A stretch of 58,080 nucleotides of DNA, filler included, from Catajapyx aquilonaris (Eukaryota), in NCBI GenBank assembly GCA_000934665.2. It is 3 parts of 3 records of this genome, joined end to end, with 100 filler letters (N's around TTAATTAATTAA, not from the genome) between each part and the next. Parts side by side here need not be neighbours in the genome. Positions count along the whole stretch, not along the records: positions 19,377 to 38,711 come from JYFJ02006495.1; positions 38,812 to 58,080 come from JYFJ02006496.1; 1 more part is not named here. One strand, given 5' to 3'. The translations under genes and the position numbers were made by a program. Below the pieces are notes generated by a model. That model saw nothing but the letters and a program-made list of their open reading frames with translations. It did not search any database and was not told where the DNA came from. This document shows positions 34,701 to 47,070 of this stretch, piece after piece (position 1 is the stretch's first letter; each line of letters starts with the position of its first letter).

Positions 34701-37647
34701 TATGGACCTGCAGGACTCACTACATGCAACGGGACGCTCCAACTTCTCTAGAATGAGGCACCTGCACATGGTACATAAACATCAATAAATAAAATATTTT
34801 TTTAAAAAAATTAACTCATCCATGAGATTTTGGCGCAGGAAACATGAAAACACTACTCAACGTGCAGGCCTTCCCCAAGGAAGGACTTCTGCCCCATACC
34901 TACGTTACGTGGACGGCACATGGGGAAGAGGAAAAATGTCGTAGGTCGTACATAGACTGACATCACGGTAATTAACTTCATAGTATGAAGTACTAAAGAT
35001 TGACACATGTCATGGTTCACAAAATTTGCCATAATTAAAGTAACCATACCTTTACATCACAAAGGTAAAGACTCGGGTAAAGATGTTTACTGATACTAGA
35101 AGTGCATTGTTGTAAGCTCATCTTGAAGTATGCCTTATTCTAGGTCAGTCATAATGAGCATAGCTCGGGCTGCTGAGAGTAATAGCTGCTGCAATATGGC
35201 ATCACATCTAGGCTGGGCTATCTTATACAATTTCAGTAAGATGTTATGCCATTATAATTTCATATGCTTGACATTTACATTACAGAACATGGAAATATGC
35301 TGGTTATTTATTTGTTCGAACACACTCGGGACAAGGTAGGCTACCAAACCTGCAACATTGAAAAACAACAATGATTTGTGACTCTCTGAACCATGTTTTG
35401 TTTTAGTCACAGTGATGCCAGTAACACGGCGAGATCAACTATATCAAAATTACCCTACGGGATGCCCTTTTTACTGCAAAAGCGGCCGCACTCGCTGAAG
35501 GATTTCCTCGAAAGTTTGAATGCCAACATGAGAAGTGCGAAGAAGAGAGAGCAGAATGTGACTTGGCAGGGCTGGGGCAGGTACAAAATTACAAAATATG
35601 GCAACAATTTGTACACAATACTATTACTATTCACCGCGTGTTGACAGCAGCACAGTGAAGAATTCAGTTTGGACGTTGAGCCTACGCATTGCTGTTACCA
35701 TCATGGAAGCAGTTGCGGACCCTAATGGAAAATATTGTGCGACACGATTTCCTACAGGGGCACTTCTGGGAAGAGAGCAGAGATTCGAAAGATTCAGATG
35801 ATGAAATGCACCTGCCTGCTTACATATAATTTTATTAGCAAAAAATCAAGTACCGAAAAATATTTTCTATGTCATCTATACAAAAAGAGTGCATGAAAAC
35901 AGCGTGCAACATAAATAAACAGTTACCACTAACTAGCAAGACGAGTGGAATATATGAACCAAATTACATTTTACATGTTTAAGCTCCTTTATCACAAGAA
36001 GCAAGTCTGTGCCATGTAACACGCAGCTATTACTTTTCAAAATAAATAAATAAATAAATTACCATAGTTTGGTCGCCCATGACCTGACTGTACCAAATGT
36101 AAAGTACGCGAAGGCTTTCCTTCTTGGACGAAAGTGTAAGGTTAATTATAAAATAAGAGAGCATATAATCTCTTCATGTGTATGTCTCCCTTTCGTATGT
36201 ATCCTGTGAAAAGAAGTAGACCTTTCCATGTGCCTCGTCCCATACACACCATGAGGAATATGTCGACCAGAATCTCTGGAAAATTCATGTGTTTGACAGG
36301 CTGTATAATCTCATGCTGTATAATCTAATGCGATGTGCATCGTTATGAAGTGCTATTAGTACCACCATCCATTTACTTAAAAAGACACCTTTTGTATTTG
36401 ATAATAATTTATAGCCCAATGTAGGAAAGTACTTTTTTCATTCAGAAATGTTACACGTATGTGGCGGGACCAAAGCAATAATGGTCCCAGATTGACTCGG
36501 GTGTCCCATTGCACCCCACTACAAAGGCGACATTTCCAAGTAGAAAATCCACATGTGCGTGTACACAAAACAGCCGACATGCAGCAACTCATGAAACAAG
36601 AAATACACGAATGGTACGAAGCACACAGTACGAAGCTGTACGATGGAAATATTGGCACAATACTGCAAATTGTGATACACGCATTTCCAAAGTTGTTCTC
36701 TAGAGATTATGGCAAATATTTATTGTTAAGTTTATTACAAATGCAGCACTCTATGGTGAAATAGGCCTACACTATGAGATATGTCAATTATATTGTCTCA
36801 CGACTTTTTAGGTATAGACACGCAGCAAGTAGTACACTGCTATGAAAATAACTGGACCAGGTCTTTACACATTCTAACAAAACAGTGGAGCAAAAATTAT
36901 GTGAGCATGGCCTAGCTCATCTTTGTCATGCCCTCCTAATCACTGTGGAGTGATCCTAGGGTCAAATAAACTCGTCATATCGTTCCATGGAATGTACCCT
37001 GTACACCAGAGAGACAACTTAGCTTATCGATGAAGCGAATGAATGTGACAGATGACGGTGTATCCAGGCGAGTCTGAGATCAATTTCAGGATTTTCGCCA
37101 GCTTTACCATGTTAGAAAATACACTGTTCTTGTGGATCAGCATTGGTGGCATCATGAGCTGTAATATCAATAAAGGGCAGAAAGTCTATAGGGACATTCA
37201 AATCAGAAGACACCATGCAATGATCTGGTACAACGCGTTCATTTTCCGTGTCAAGATTACAGAGTATACGTACGTATACTTCTAGCAAATATCTTGCTCT
37301 GATCTGGAGACAATCATCCATAACTGCAAAACACGGCATCTGAGCACAAGGAATTCAGCATATCCAGGAACAAGTGCCGTACCCACATGACTCGTTACTT
37401 ACTACCACAGTTGGCAACGAGCTAATTACAAAATTCCTGCTAAAAGCTGCAGGGTGAGCTGAACAGAGCACTGGCGGCAGCATAAGACCCAGAGGAAAAA
37501 AACCCGGTGAAAGACAGGCCAGCGACAAACACTGTTCATAACTCTTGACGACCTGAATTGGACGAATTATAGACTTTACCATTATAATTGTCCACATGAT
37601 ACTTTTTTGGGTCATTTCCCCCTAAAACCCACATACAATTACCGGTA

Positions 37648-37760
37648 CTTATATTTAAATACACCTACGATGATCGGTAAATTGGTCACGGAAGTGTCAT
37701 GGCATGCCAGGTCCTCGGACCTTAATCCTTTGGATTATTTTCTATGGGGTCATCTAATGG
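37648..37760 (+). mobile_element. Tc1-like transposase remnant
   Basis: WHARSSDLNPLDYFLWGHL resembles WPARSPDLNPLDYFLWG. Confidence 0.8.
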
Positions 37761-38711
37761 ACTCGACCCACTGACATACAGGACCTTTGAAAGTGACATG
37801 CTGCAACGTGTCACGGGGTCGATTCTCTTTCGACCATCTGCTTGGTTATTGAAGTACTGTGATGAACTGACATTCTCAAGGCGAACAAAATCGTCCTACT
37901 GATTTGCCTGACGCGCAACAAAAATTCTACAGGACATCAGTGTAATGAAGAATGAGATGCTGATGCTTAATGCGCATCAGACACACACATACAAGGAGCT
38001 TCTTCATTTATATTTGAAGCTGTAGATTACAAATAAGACGCGCAACATGAAGAGGTATCACAAACAGTGCCAATAAAATTATGAAGTATAGCTTGCTGGA
38101 CGGATGTTGGGAGTAGAAGAACCAAATTGCCATATCTCTCAACCCATCAGTACATTTTAACTGTACATGACACTTCGATCCATCCAACATAACACTCGTC
38201 CAAAGTCACCCCTCCTAGCTCCTGCCCATTGGTGAAGTAGTGATTTTTTTTACATTTATAAAAGAATAGTTTTCAACAACCAGAAGCTACCTCATTGGGC
38301 ATCATCACTAGTGACTGAACTGTGTGTAAGAACTGTGTCTTTGCCCTCAGCTACCCACAGCGACTAGGAGTACAGCATATCACCTGGTGAAAATTCTGGC
38401 TGAGCACCTTTAGCACCATTGTGAAACAGAAGTTTGACCTCGCACAGGAGTAAGACAAAGTAGACCAGGGAGATGCGCTGAAAATTTGGCAAAAGCTTGA
38501 CTTCCCCAAATCTCACTTGAATGACAAGCTCTTGACCAATTTGCAGGACACAGTACATCTCCACAACATGTAGGGGCAGCTCCAACTTCTCCAGAATATG
38601 CCACCTGCACATGGTATACGAGGGAGGGTCAAAAAGTTATCTACCTAGGTATGAAGGACATGTGTTACAACTCTCACAATGTCATTTTTTCTCGATGTGA
38701 TCTCCCTTCAT

Positions 38712-38811
38712 NNNNNNNNNNNNNNNNNNNNNNNNNNNNNNNNNNNNNNNNNNNNTTAATTAATTAANNNNNNNNNNNNNNNNNNNNNNNNNNNNNNNNN
38801 NNNNNNNNNNN
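38712..38811. other. Artificial contig spacer N44-TTAATTAATTAA-N44
   Basis: Exactly 100 nt; linker at 38756-38767. Confidence 0.97.
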
Positions 38812-41800
38812 AACCTCCATGAGTGCCGGCAACCATGTAGGGGACCCTGAATATTTCCGACTATTTCTGCCCATACCCGGAAGAGGCGCTGCTCTTTTGC
38901 GCCAGATTAGAATGTCCGAACTTTGACGGCTCGTCCTGGCCTTACCGTTCGTCTCTCAGGAAAACTGCTTATACCCTCGAAATCAGTATTTTTTGCCCGA
39001 TTTTTAGAATCCAACTCGTATTTTGAGTGGAGTGTCCCTTTAATGGAGCCACATTGGATTACACTGCATGGTGTATGACGAAGCGTAGGAATTCGAATGA
39101 AAAGACTGAATCTACAACCCCATTGCGATTATACCGGCGGGCAGGGGGTGGCTGGGAGTGCTGAAATAAATGAGGTGTAGTTAATCAGCCGTCTCCAGAT
39201 CACGCCCAGTCCTGGTGCGTATACAATTGGCAGTGTCTCCAACACTCCCTCAGGTCGGGGGAGAGCTGGCGACAAAAAAAAAAGAACCAGTTGGCGAAAA
39301 AAAAGGGCCTCTGGTACCATGATCGGAACAGAGCTTCAGTTGGAAGCCTCTGTGGGTGGGTGGGTGTGGGAAGGGGCGGGCTGGAAACCCAACCCCGCCT
39401 GTAAATGGTCTCCTTCATCTCTGTCACTCCCAGCCCAGATTACTTGCCATCAGCAGAGTTACCGTGCCGGGGGACCACACAGAATCTACTCCATCCCCAC
39501 CTCCCCCCCCCCTAACAAACCTACCTTAAAGTCCTCGACTTGGCCCAAAGTATTCTTTATCTCCAATCGTCTCCGGTGGCCACATCCTGCTCCTATTGTG
39601 TACCCAACATACACAAGGGACGCTCTAGAAAGAGAGAGGTCTAATGCGTTATATTGTGCCGACGAGTTTTCTGCGAGTGACAAAAATCATTACAAACCAC
39701 CCTGTTCAAGCGTATCTTCCCAGAACCGAAGCTTATACAAATTTATTTTTTTACATTCAATTGAACAAGCATCGGATATGACGTGCAATAGGCATAAACT
39801 GGCCAGAAGCGTGCATATACGCTCATAACCCGAGGTGCTAACCATTGTACGCGATCTTGCATAACCGAGCCCTCAATATGGGTACAGTAATGATGTGCCA
39901 ACAATCGCGTTTGCCTTCAGCTATTTCGCTAACAAACGAGTGGTTTTTGAAGCAAATCTCACGTTTCCGCTGTACCTTGTTGCGAGACATTCTGTGGTCT
40001 CCTCCAACTCTGTCTCTCTAGAAGTCACTGTGCGCCTCTATATATACACACCTGATGTCGGCTTATTGGGACTTTCCCTCTCTACTCCCAACCTCCGTTT
40101 TCCATGAAGGCGCATAATTAACGGCTCCCGGCATGTTGACACATTTCCCCGCGACCCTGGCCGCTAATGTACATAAATGATGTTGTGATAATGCGGCCAA
40201 CAGATGTATTTTGGCGGGAAAATCAGCAGGTTGAGGGGAAACCCGGAATGGATGATGGGTGGAGAAAACGCAATCCTGATGTATGCAGAGCTCAGGTCCG
40301 GATGATTCCTGCGCATCAAACTCATGAATTAGTAATATGGACCAGGTTTCAACAGCAATCAAGATTTTGGAAATTAATCCCAAATCAAAATGACTGTTTC
40401 AAAATAAATTAATAATGGAGGACTGTCAAAAATTATCAAAATCAAATAAAAATTAATAGATTATAAATAAACTAATTTATGAATTGAAATTAAATTTATT
40501 TTATTCGTAAAATTAGGATTACGTAAGACATGGTGATTAACTTTCCCACGCTACTTTTTTAAAAAAATTTGGAACGTTCAGCAGGGCCAATATAATGCAG
40601 TTAGATTCAGAGGGGGAAAAAAGGAGAGCCATTAGTAGGAAAATTCCGGAATTCCCCGGGCAGGAAATTCTCATTCCGCAAAGTTGTTTTGTCATGCAAA
40701 GTCCAATTTGCAAGGGCAGGAAGTGGAAACTATTGGGCACGCCAGAGTCGATATCCGTCCTTCCACGGACCTAAAATGATGACTACCGCTTATTTCCTTA
40801 CTGGCTGATAAGTGCACGGAAGGTTGGGTATCAAGTAGTCCTCCCCCGCGCCACTAATTAATACCTAATTCGCCCTCTGTTGGCTCCCCACACACAAAAA
40901 AAAGTCTTCGGGAGAAAACCCTCTTGCTATATATGTACTCTGGAAATAAATTAGATTATACGGAGGTAGCCACAGCCCTGGCGTACGTGGTGCACCAATG
41001 CCCAGCAGTCCTTATGTACGGTAATTACTCTAAATGGAACTCGAGGTGGGGGGGCAGGCGACGTTGCCAAGTCGCGACTTAGTTCATGTGAGAATAATGG
41101 AACTTGTCGCTTATTGTTTAATGGCTAAAAGGAATAACGTCTCTCTCCATTAACGGCCGACAAAGAGGGCTGTTCGATCGGGGCATGTGTGCAGGGTGGT
41201 AAATAATTTCCCAGGTACAAGTTAAGGATCGTTTTAGCGAGGAAAAGAGTTTAAAGAGAAGCTCCAATCCGACAAGTGCAAGAGGGCCTAATTTCCACAA
41301 AAAGTAGCCAATTTAAACATGTTGTTGTGGGCAAGCAGTACGTACTCTGTACTTGGGCAGTGCACCATCCTGTATGTGCATCAGTTAATGAGGTCTCCCC
41401 CCTGAATTGTTTCTATGCGCATTGTTATGGTTCGCGAACTGTTTCCCAGCTCAGGCCGGAAGGCTTCGATTCACCGATGACATTTGCGAAGGTGACAACA
41501 ATTTAATTAATGGGACACGCAGCCATCTCCCTCTATGTATGGATGCATTCAAATGTGCGAGCAATATTGCAAATATCTCCGAGCTTCACAACATAGTCGG
41601 AGGGAAATGGAATGGTCGCAACAACAGCGACATTGTTGACACTAACATGTGTATTACATTCGGAGTAGTGTGAATCTGCAGCCAGCGAGGCAGAGGATTA
41701 CTGCGAACGGTTAAAGTCAGAAATTAATGGAAAATTATTTGCATCCCGGTTCAATCAACAGGCCGTAAAATGCCAATATACCCTATAGTTGCAGAGTAAG

Positions 41801-44800
41801 CCAGGTTAATGCAACCGGTTGCAAGAGTACTGTATTATTTTGTAACCCGTCTTGCAACTGGTACAGCTCGTCCTACTTCTGACACAATTTCAATTCAGGT
41901 CACGTATTGGTGTTTACTAAAAAAACCAAACAACAACGACCAGCTTTTCAAAATATGGAACAGCAGCTCACTACTTATTCATTAAATTCATGACCCACTT
42001 ACGTTCGTGTTTACAGTATAATTCAATCAAGTAACGGCCATGAATAACCACGAGTTGTGTCACTGTTGTCATCCCTTCTCCTCCAACCCCCTCCCTGACA
42101 TGTAATGAGATTTTCCAAGGGGGGGTTTGGGGGGCAGCGCAATCAAGAACCTGTTGAGGCAGAAATGAAAAAGACGACCCTCGGAATGCCTGGGCACAAG
42201 AGGCATCCTATTCCGACCGCCTAGTCATCAAACCCCCCTTTTGGAGAGAGAGTGAGAGAGAATTAGGACCATGGGCTCTGGCGCCTCTAATATCCTGGAC
42301 CCGCATTCATCTCCTTTAGGAAGGAAACGGCAGGTTTCCGTCGAAACCAACCAGAAACATCCGATTCTTCGATACTATGCTCAAGAAAACAAGACCCGCG
42401 ATAATCTCAGGACAGTCGAAGGAAATTACAAGTTTCCTCCCTTGAGCGGTGCAATGAGCCACAAAATGACTTTCTGCTCCTCCCCCTTTCTCCGGATGGG
42501 CCTCTCGATCAACGATAATACTTTCTTCCTTGGGCAAGCACAGCAGCGTCTGATGGATGATGAATCTGGGGCTCCTCCTCCTCTCTCCTTGGGATGAAAA
42601 GCAAAGGGGAGAGAGCTGAGGGGGAGATGAATAATTTATCTCGGGCACCACTGCCACTACTCTCTTTACCGCATTAGCAACTTTTGGGCTCCCTGTTACT
42701 GCAAATCGAGGTGGCAGAAGCGGTAATGGGGAACTTGTTACTCACACCATCCTCTCTCTCTATCTCTTAGGAGAGGGGCTGCCTGCTCTCTAACCACCAA
42801 CTTGGTAAGAGAGGAGGGGGGTGGATAAGTCCTCTTCAAACATGGAGAACTCTCCAAACTAAGCCGCGGTTGGTTCCAGTTTCAATGCAGATGGCATGAC
42901 GAGAGTCGGGTGATGATGTTGCTTATAATTACTAGAGAGGGTTAAGCTGCGTGCGATTATTAATAGTCGAATTGCCACCTCCCCATTGCCAGGAGTTGGC
43001 ACAAAATAAGTCCTGAAAAACAGTTTCATGCTGTCAAAAGTCTAAGAATGTGCTTGAACTGTTAGAGTGTAACCGGGCGTGTCCCTAACCGACCTCAAAA
43101 GCGTCCAATAACTTATTTATCAAAAGGACGAGAGGAAACTCTCTCGTGTGCCTGTACAGTGTGAAAAGAAAACACAGCCTGGTCCCCTTTTGTCCAGAAC
43201 ATGTCCTCTCTCTACAGTAAAGCTGCTTCTGGATGCTCCGAACGGGGGGGAAGGGAAACAAACTTCATATAAAATGAGTTTGGTTACACAACCCGACTTC
43301 CAAGCAGCAGAAGCAAGGCATGAGGAGGCTACAGTATTACCAACTGGGCTGTTTGCCTGAGCTTTATTATACCGCGGACCGAGGGTGGGGTCTGCCTCTG
43401 ATTACATGATGATCCACCGCTTGAGAGGACAGGGTAAACCAACCAGACACTTTGTCTCAGTCCTCGTCATTGCTCGTCGGCCCCCGAGTAATATTAACAA
43501 GAGGTCGGTGCGATAAGACACCACAGTATACTGTACAGATGTTTCGTCGGCGATAATAATAATTTAAGCCCAAAAGCTTATTCTTGGCTTTTGGCCTTGC
43601 CCCCCTCCTCCCATCCTTAACTGGCCCTCGTCCTCTCCTTTCGCGCGGGATAATGCAATTGGACAATCCGTGTAAGTAAATTGGATGGTTAATTAGTAAT
43701 TTCAGCCGCCACGTGAAGAGGCCTCTTGTCTTCCTCTGGCAATGAATGAAGAAGGCGAATAATTTGAGCTTCATCATTGTCCTTCAGCATATGTAAGAGG
43801 CTCCGGTATACAGAGTTTAATATTCATCGCCTTCATCCGGTACAGGGTGTGCTTGAAACACGGAAATAAATTGGCAGGAACTGTTGCTCTCCTCTTTTTT
43901 TAACCATTATAATAATCCCAGATTTTCCGAGTCATTACCTTCAAACCGTGAAAATCCAGGCAAGTGTTTCCGGGGCAATCTCTCGAAAGTTGTCGAGGCG
44001 TCTCTCTTCTCGCTTAATTTAATAATTTCATGCACGTCATGCTCGACACAAGCCTCGTACAAGACACTTCCCTAAAACTGTGTCGCATCATCCTTCATCA
44101 GAGTGATCTTCTCCAGCTAATAAATTTTCCACCGTCGCGTCTCTTCTCTCTCTCGTCCTTCAAAAAAAAAATCCGTACGTCTTGCAAAAACCACGGCGTG
44201 CAACCATGAAGCGGTATAAAGTTTCTGGAGTTCATAAATGCTTAATGTAGCCTAGGAGAAGTAATTTCTCCTGGGAGAGTAGGAGACAGTGTATATCCAT
44301 AAAAGGCGTCGCGGCGGTTCTACGCGTAAGCTCGTCAAGCGGAACTTGTTAAAATGAGAATCGCAATTAATTGGATGACGCCAGGTTATTGATCCTGCAA
44401 ATCCCGGCGGCAGCGTTTATTGCCTTTCATTGTGATAATCGTCACTGAGTAGCTGCGATTATATGACACGCCGCAAAATTCAGTCCGTTTTCTGGCCTAG
44501 ATGGGGGGAAAATTCGGAGCCCAATTTTGTTGCTCGTCGGACCGAAAATGAACGAGGCTTATTACGAGAACAGAAAAAAAGAGCAGAAAACATCCGCAGT
44601 CCTATTGTTGCGGTATGGCGAAATTGGTGGCATGTTGCGCACGTACACGTCAAAATTGGGCGTATCAGATGCAATGTTCTGAAATAAAATATTGGCAAAT
44701 TCAGCGGCACAAAAAATTCAATTCTACTTGGAAAACGATCTGTCACTAACCTTCTTCTCCCATGTCTTTTTCTTACGACCGTTTCAGGTGACGACCTGCA

Positions 44801-45362
44801 TCTGATCGTAATGCGACAAGTGCTGCTGCTTCTGCTTCGGGTGTGAAGATGCAGCTGTCAAGACGTTGGAAAAAAAAGCCCGTATAAAGACGTGGCAACA
44901 TAAACAAAAAAGGAACTTCACTGCCTGCTTTTTTCTCCCAGCCCTGTACAACATACCCTTTGTGAATTACCCCCCATGTTTTGTGGGAGTGTGTGTATGT
45001 GTGTGAGTGAGAGAGAGAAAGAGTGCTGTGTGTGTGTGTTGCCCCGGCGATGAGGCTTATGGGATTGGCAAAGGTCGCAAGATCCATGTCACTGCCTTCT
45101 TTCGACGTCGAAAAGGAATCCAATCCAGGTGAGATCGGATTCCAGGAATTCTTTTTGTCTTTTTTTTAGTAGGCTGCTTCAAAGCCTGCGGCATATACAC
45201 TTGGGGAGCATATAGAGTAACTTTATAACCATTACTGTATACTGCGTGTTCCATACTGTTCATTGTTGCGAAAATGTATATCTATTGTCAAAACCAGTGT
45301 CGCGTATCCAGCTTTTTTTGTTCCGACTAGTTAAGCAGCATCCTGTCCGCCAAAGATACGTA

Positions 45363-45396
45363 CCGGATTTTCAAGACACGTGTCTTGAAAATCCGG
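45363..45396. repeat. Perfect 34-bp palindrome
   Basis: ccggattttcaagacac|gtgtcttgaaaatccgg. Confidence 0.95.
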
Positions 45397-46699
45397 CATT
45401 CAAAATTGTAAAAAACTTTACCTGTATTCTTAAATCTGGAAACAAATTATTTTGACAAATGTTAGTTTGTCGCCAATTCCGTGCCTTTGGCTGCCAGGTT
45501 GCGCAAAAAAAAAGTGACCGCAACCGCCTAACACTAACCAAAAGCTTAAAGTTGGCTTATGTGCGTGTCTTTAACCCAAGTTTAAGCCCGTGAGAGTTAC
45601 GCGAGTCAGAAACAACTTCCCCTGAATTTTTTGAGAGCTGAATACGCCTATTAAGCCTTTTTCTCTGGTCAAATATTTATCCCCGTAATAACAGTGTCCG
45701 TTGTTTCTTTTTTTTGTAATAAAAAAATTCTATAGTTAGAGTAGGATTTGAAAAGGAGGGGGGCGCTGATTATAATGGTGGACTCTGTTGTGTTGGAGCA
45801 CGGGTGTGACGACTTGTTCCAGGCTGTTGATTGTGTAGTGTGCATTCCCGGTGAGCTTAGTTTGTGGTGTGTGCTCGGTGCCTGAGGGACTCTTCTTCGG
45901 CGGAAGCTGGGAAAATAATTTCATCAGTGGTTAGACAGCCAGGGTCCCATTTGGGCCAAAAGTGACGAGACTGGACTGACATCTGTGGTCGAGTGCCGGA
46001 GAAAGAAATTTTCTTTTTTTTCCGTGTGTGTGTTCATACCAACCCCCATTGTAACAAAAAAAAAAGAAAGAAAAGAGAGAAAGAGAAGTGCTTTCTGCAT
46101 CCTGTGACCCCAACCTTTAACCTTTTACTCTACTCCAGACAAAAAAGGGAAGTGATGTGCAAAAATATTGATACGACGTAAGTAAAAGGCTAATAATATG
46201 GTGTCGTTTTGAAATTTTACGATTCAAGCTGGTTGCTATTAAGTTCGTGTTTAAAAACAGTAGCAGACAATTAATACAGCAAATAGTGTTCCAAATTTTG
46301 CACATTAATTTGAATTATTTGTATTATTTGTATTCAAATTTTAAAACACCAACTGAACCACCCAATAGGCTGTTGCATTGAATATAAAAATTTGATCAGT
46401 GTGGGACACACTAACACTGGACCTAATTTTTTCGCAAAATGTAATTTTGGGTGAAAAAATTCCCATGCAAGCAAATTCTTCTCCAGACGCCTACCACCAT
46501 ATCTGATCAATATTTACCGTTCCAGCTGGCAAGATATGCCGCATCGCATTAAAGAAAACCGGGCACAATCCCCCATTAAACATGCATTGCATATACACGG
46601 CCAGGTAGCCTCCTCCTCCGGATATACATTCCGCCCATGAATTATACGGTTTTGCAATTTGGGCGGACTTGGAACCGAGCCAGAGTTCCCCGTCACCAA

Positions 46700-47070
46700 T
46701 CTTGAAAGCAAGGGAAGTCTCTCTGTGCTTGACCCAAACGCAAGTCACATTATTTTCACGCCCCGGTAGTGAGTCTAGTATAGTACTGCATAGAGAAGGG
46801 AAGAGGGGGGTTATCACCATCAACCCTAGAAACTGGAGACTGCGGCAGTCTGGGAGGGAAGTAAGAAACAACTTCCTCTCGATCTACATCATTGGGCGTG
46901 ACATAGGTAATAGTCCGCAGAGCATGCATCAAGTTATACAGGAAGGGACCACTTCCGGGCTGCACAAGCAAAGGCGACTCAGGAAGGACACTCGTCTTCT
47001 GGAGAAGCTCAGAGATACGGTTACGATGAAGAGATGCTCCAAGGACTTGCATAATATGATCCCCTTGCAA
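46700..47070 (+). mobile_element. Possible decayed LINE (RTE-like) 3' coding end
   Basis: Basic segment IIGRD...QVIQEGTTSGLHKQRRLRK loosely resembles the RTE C-terminal G.R.RGRP..RW region. Confidence 0.3.

Larger units (their letters stand above)
31049..38616 (+). repeat. Three dispersed degenerate copies of one unit (~31049-31330, ~34197-34850, ~38225-38616)
   Basis: Shared blocks gct(g/a)aaaatt(g/t)ggca..agctt and tccaact....cagaat..ca..tgcac; catcactagtgactga is shared by copies 2 and 3. Confidence 0.75.

Noticed and set aside
35393..35801. Cys-containing ORF fragments with DPNGKY, faintly like a P2X7-type C-terminal domain
   Set aside because: Several frames are disrupted and the match is too weak
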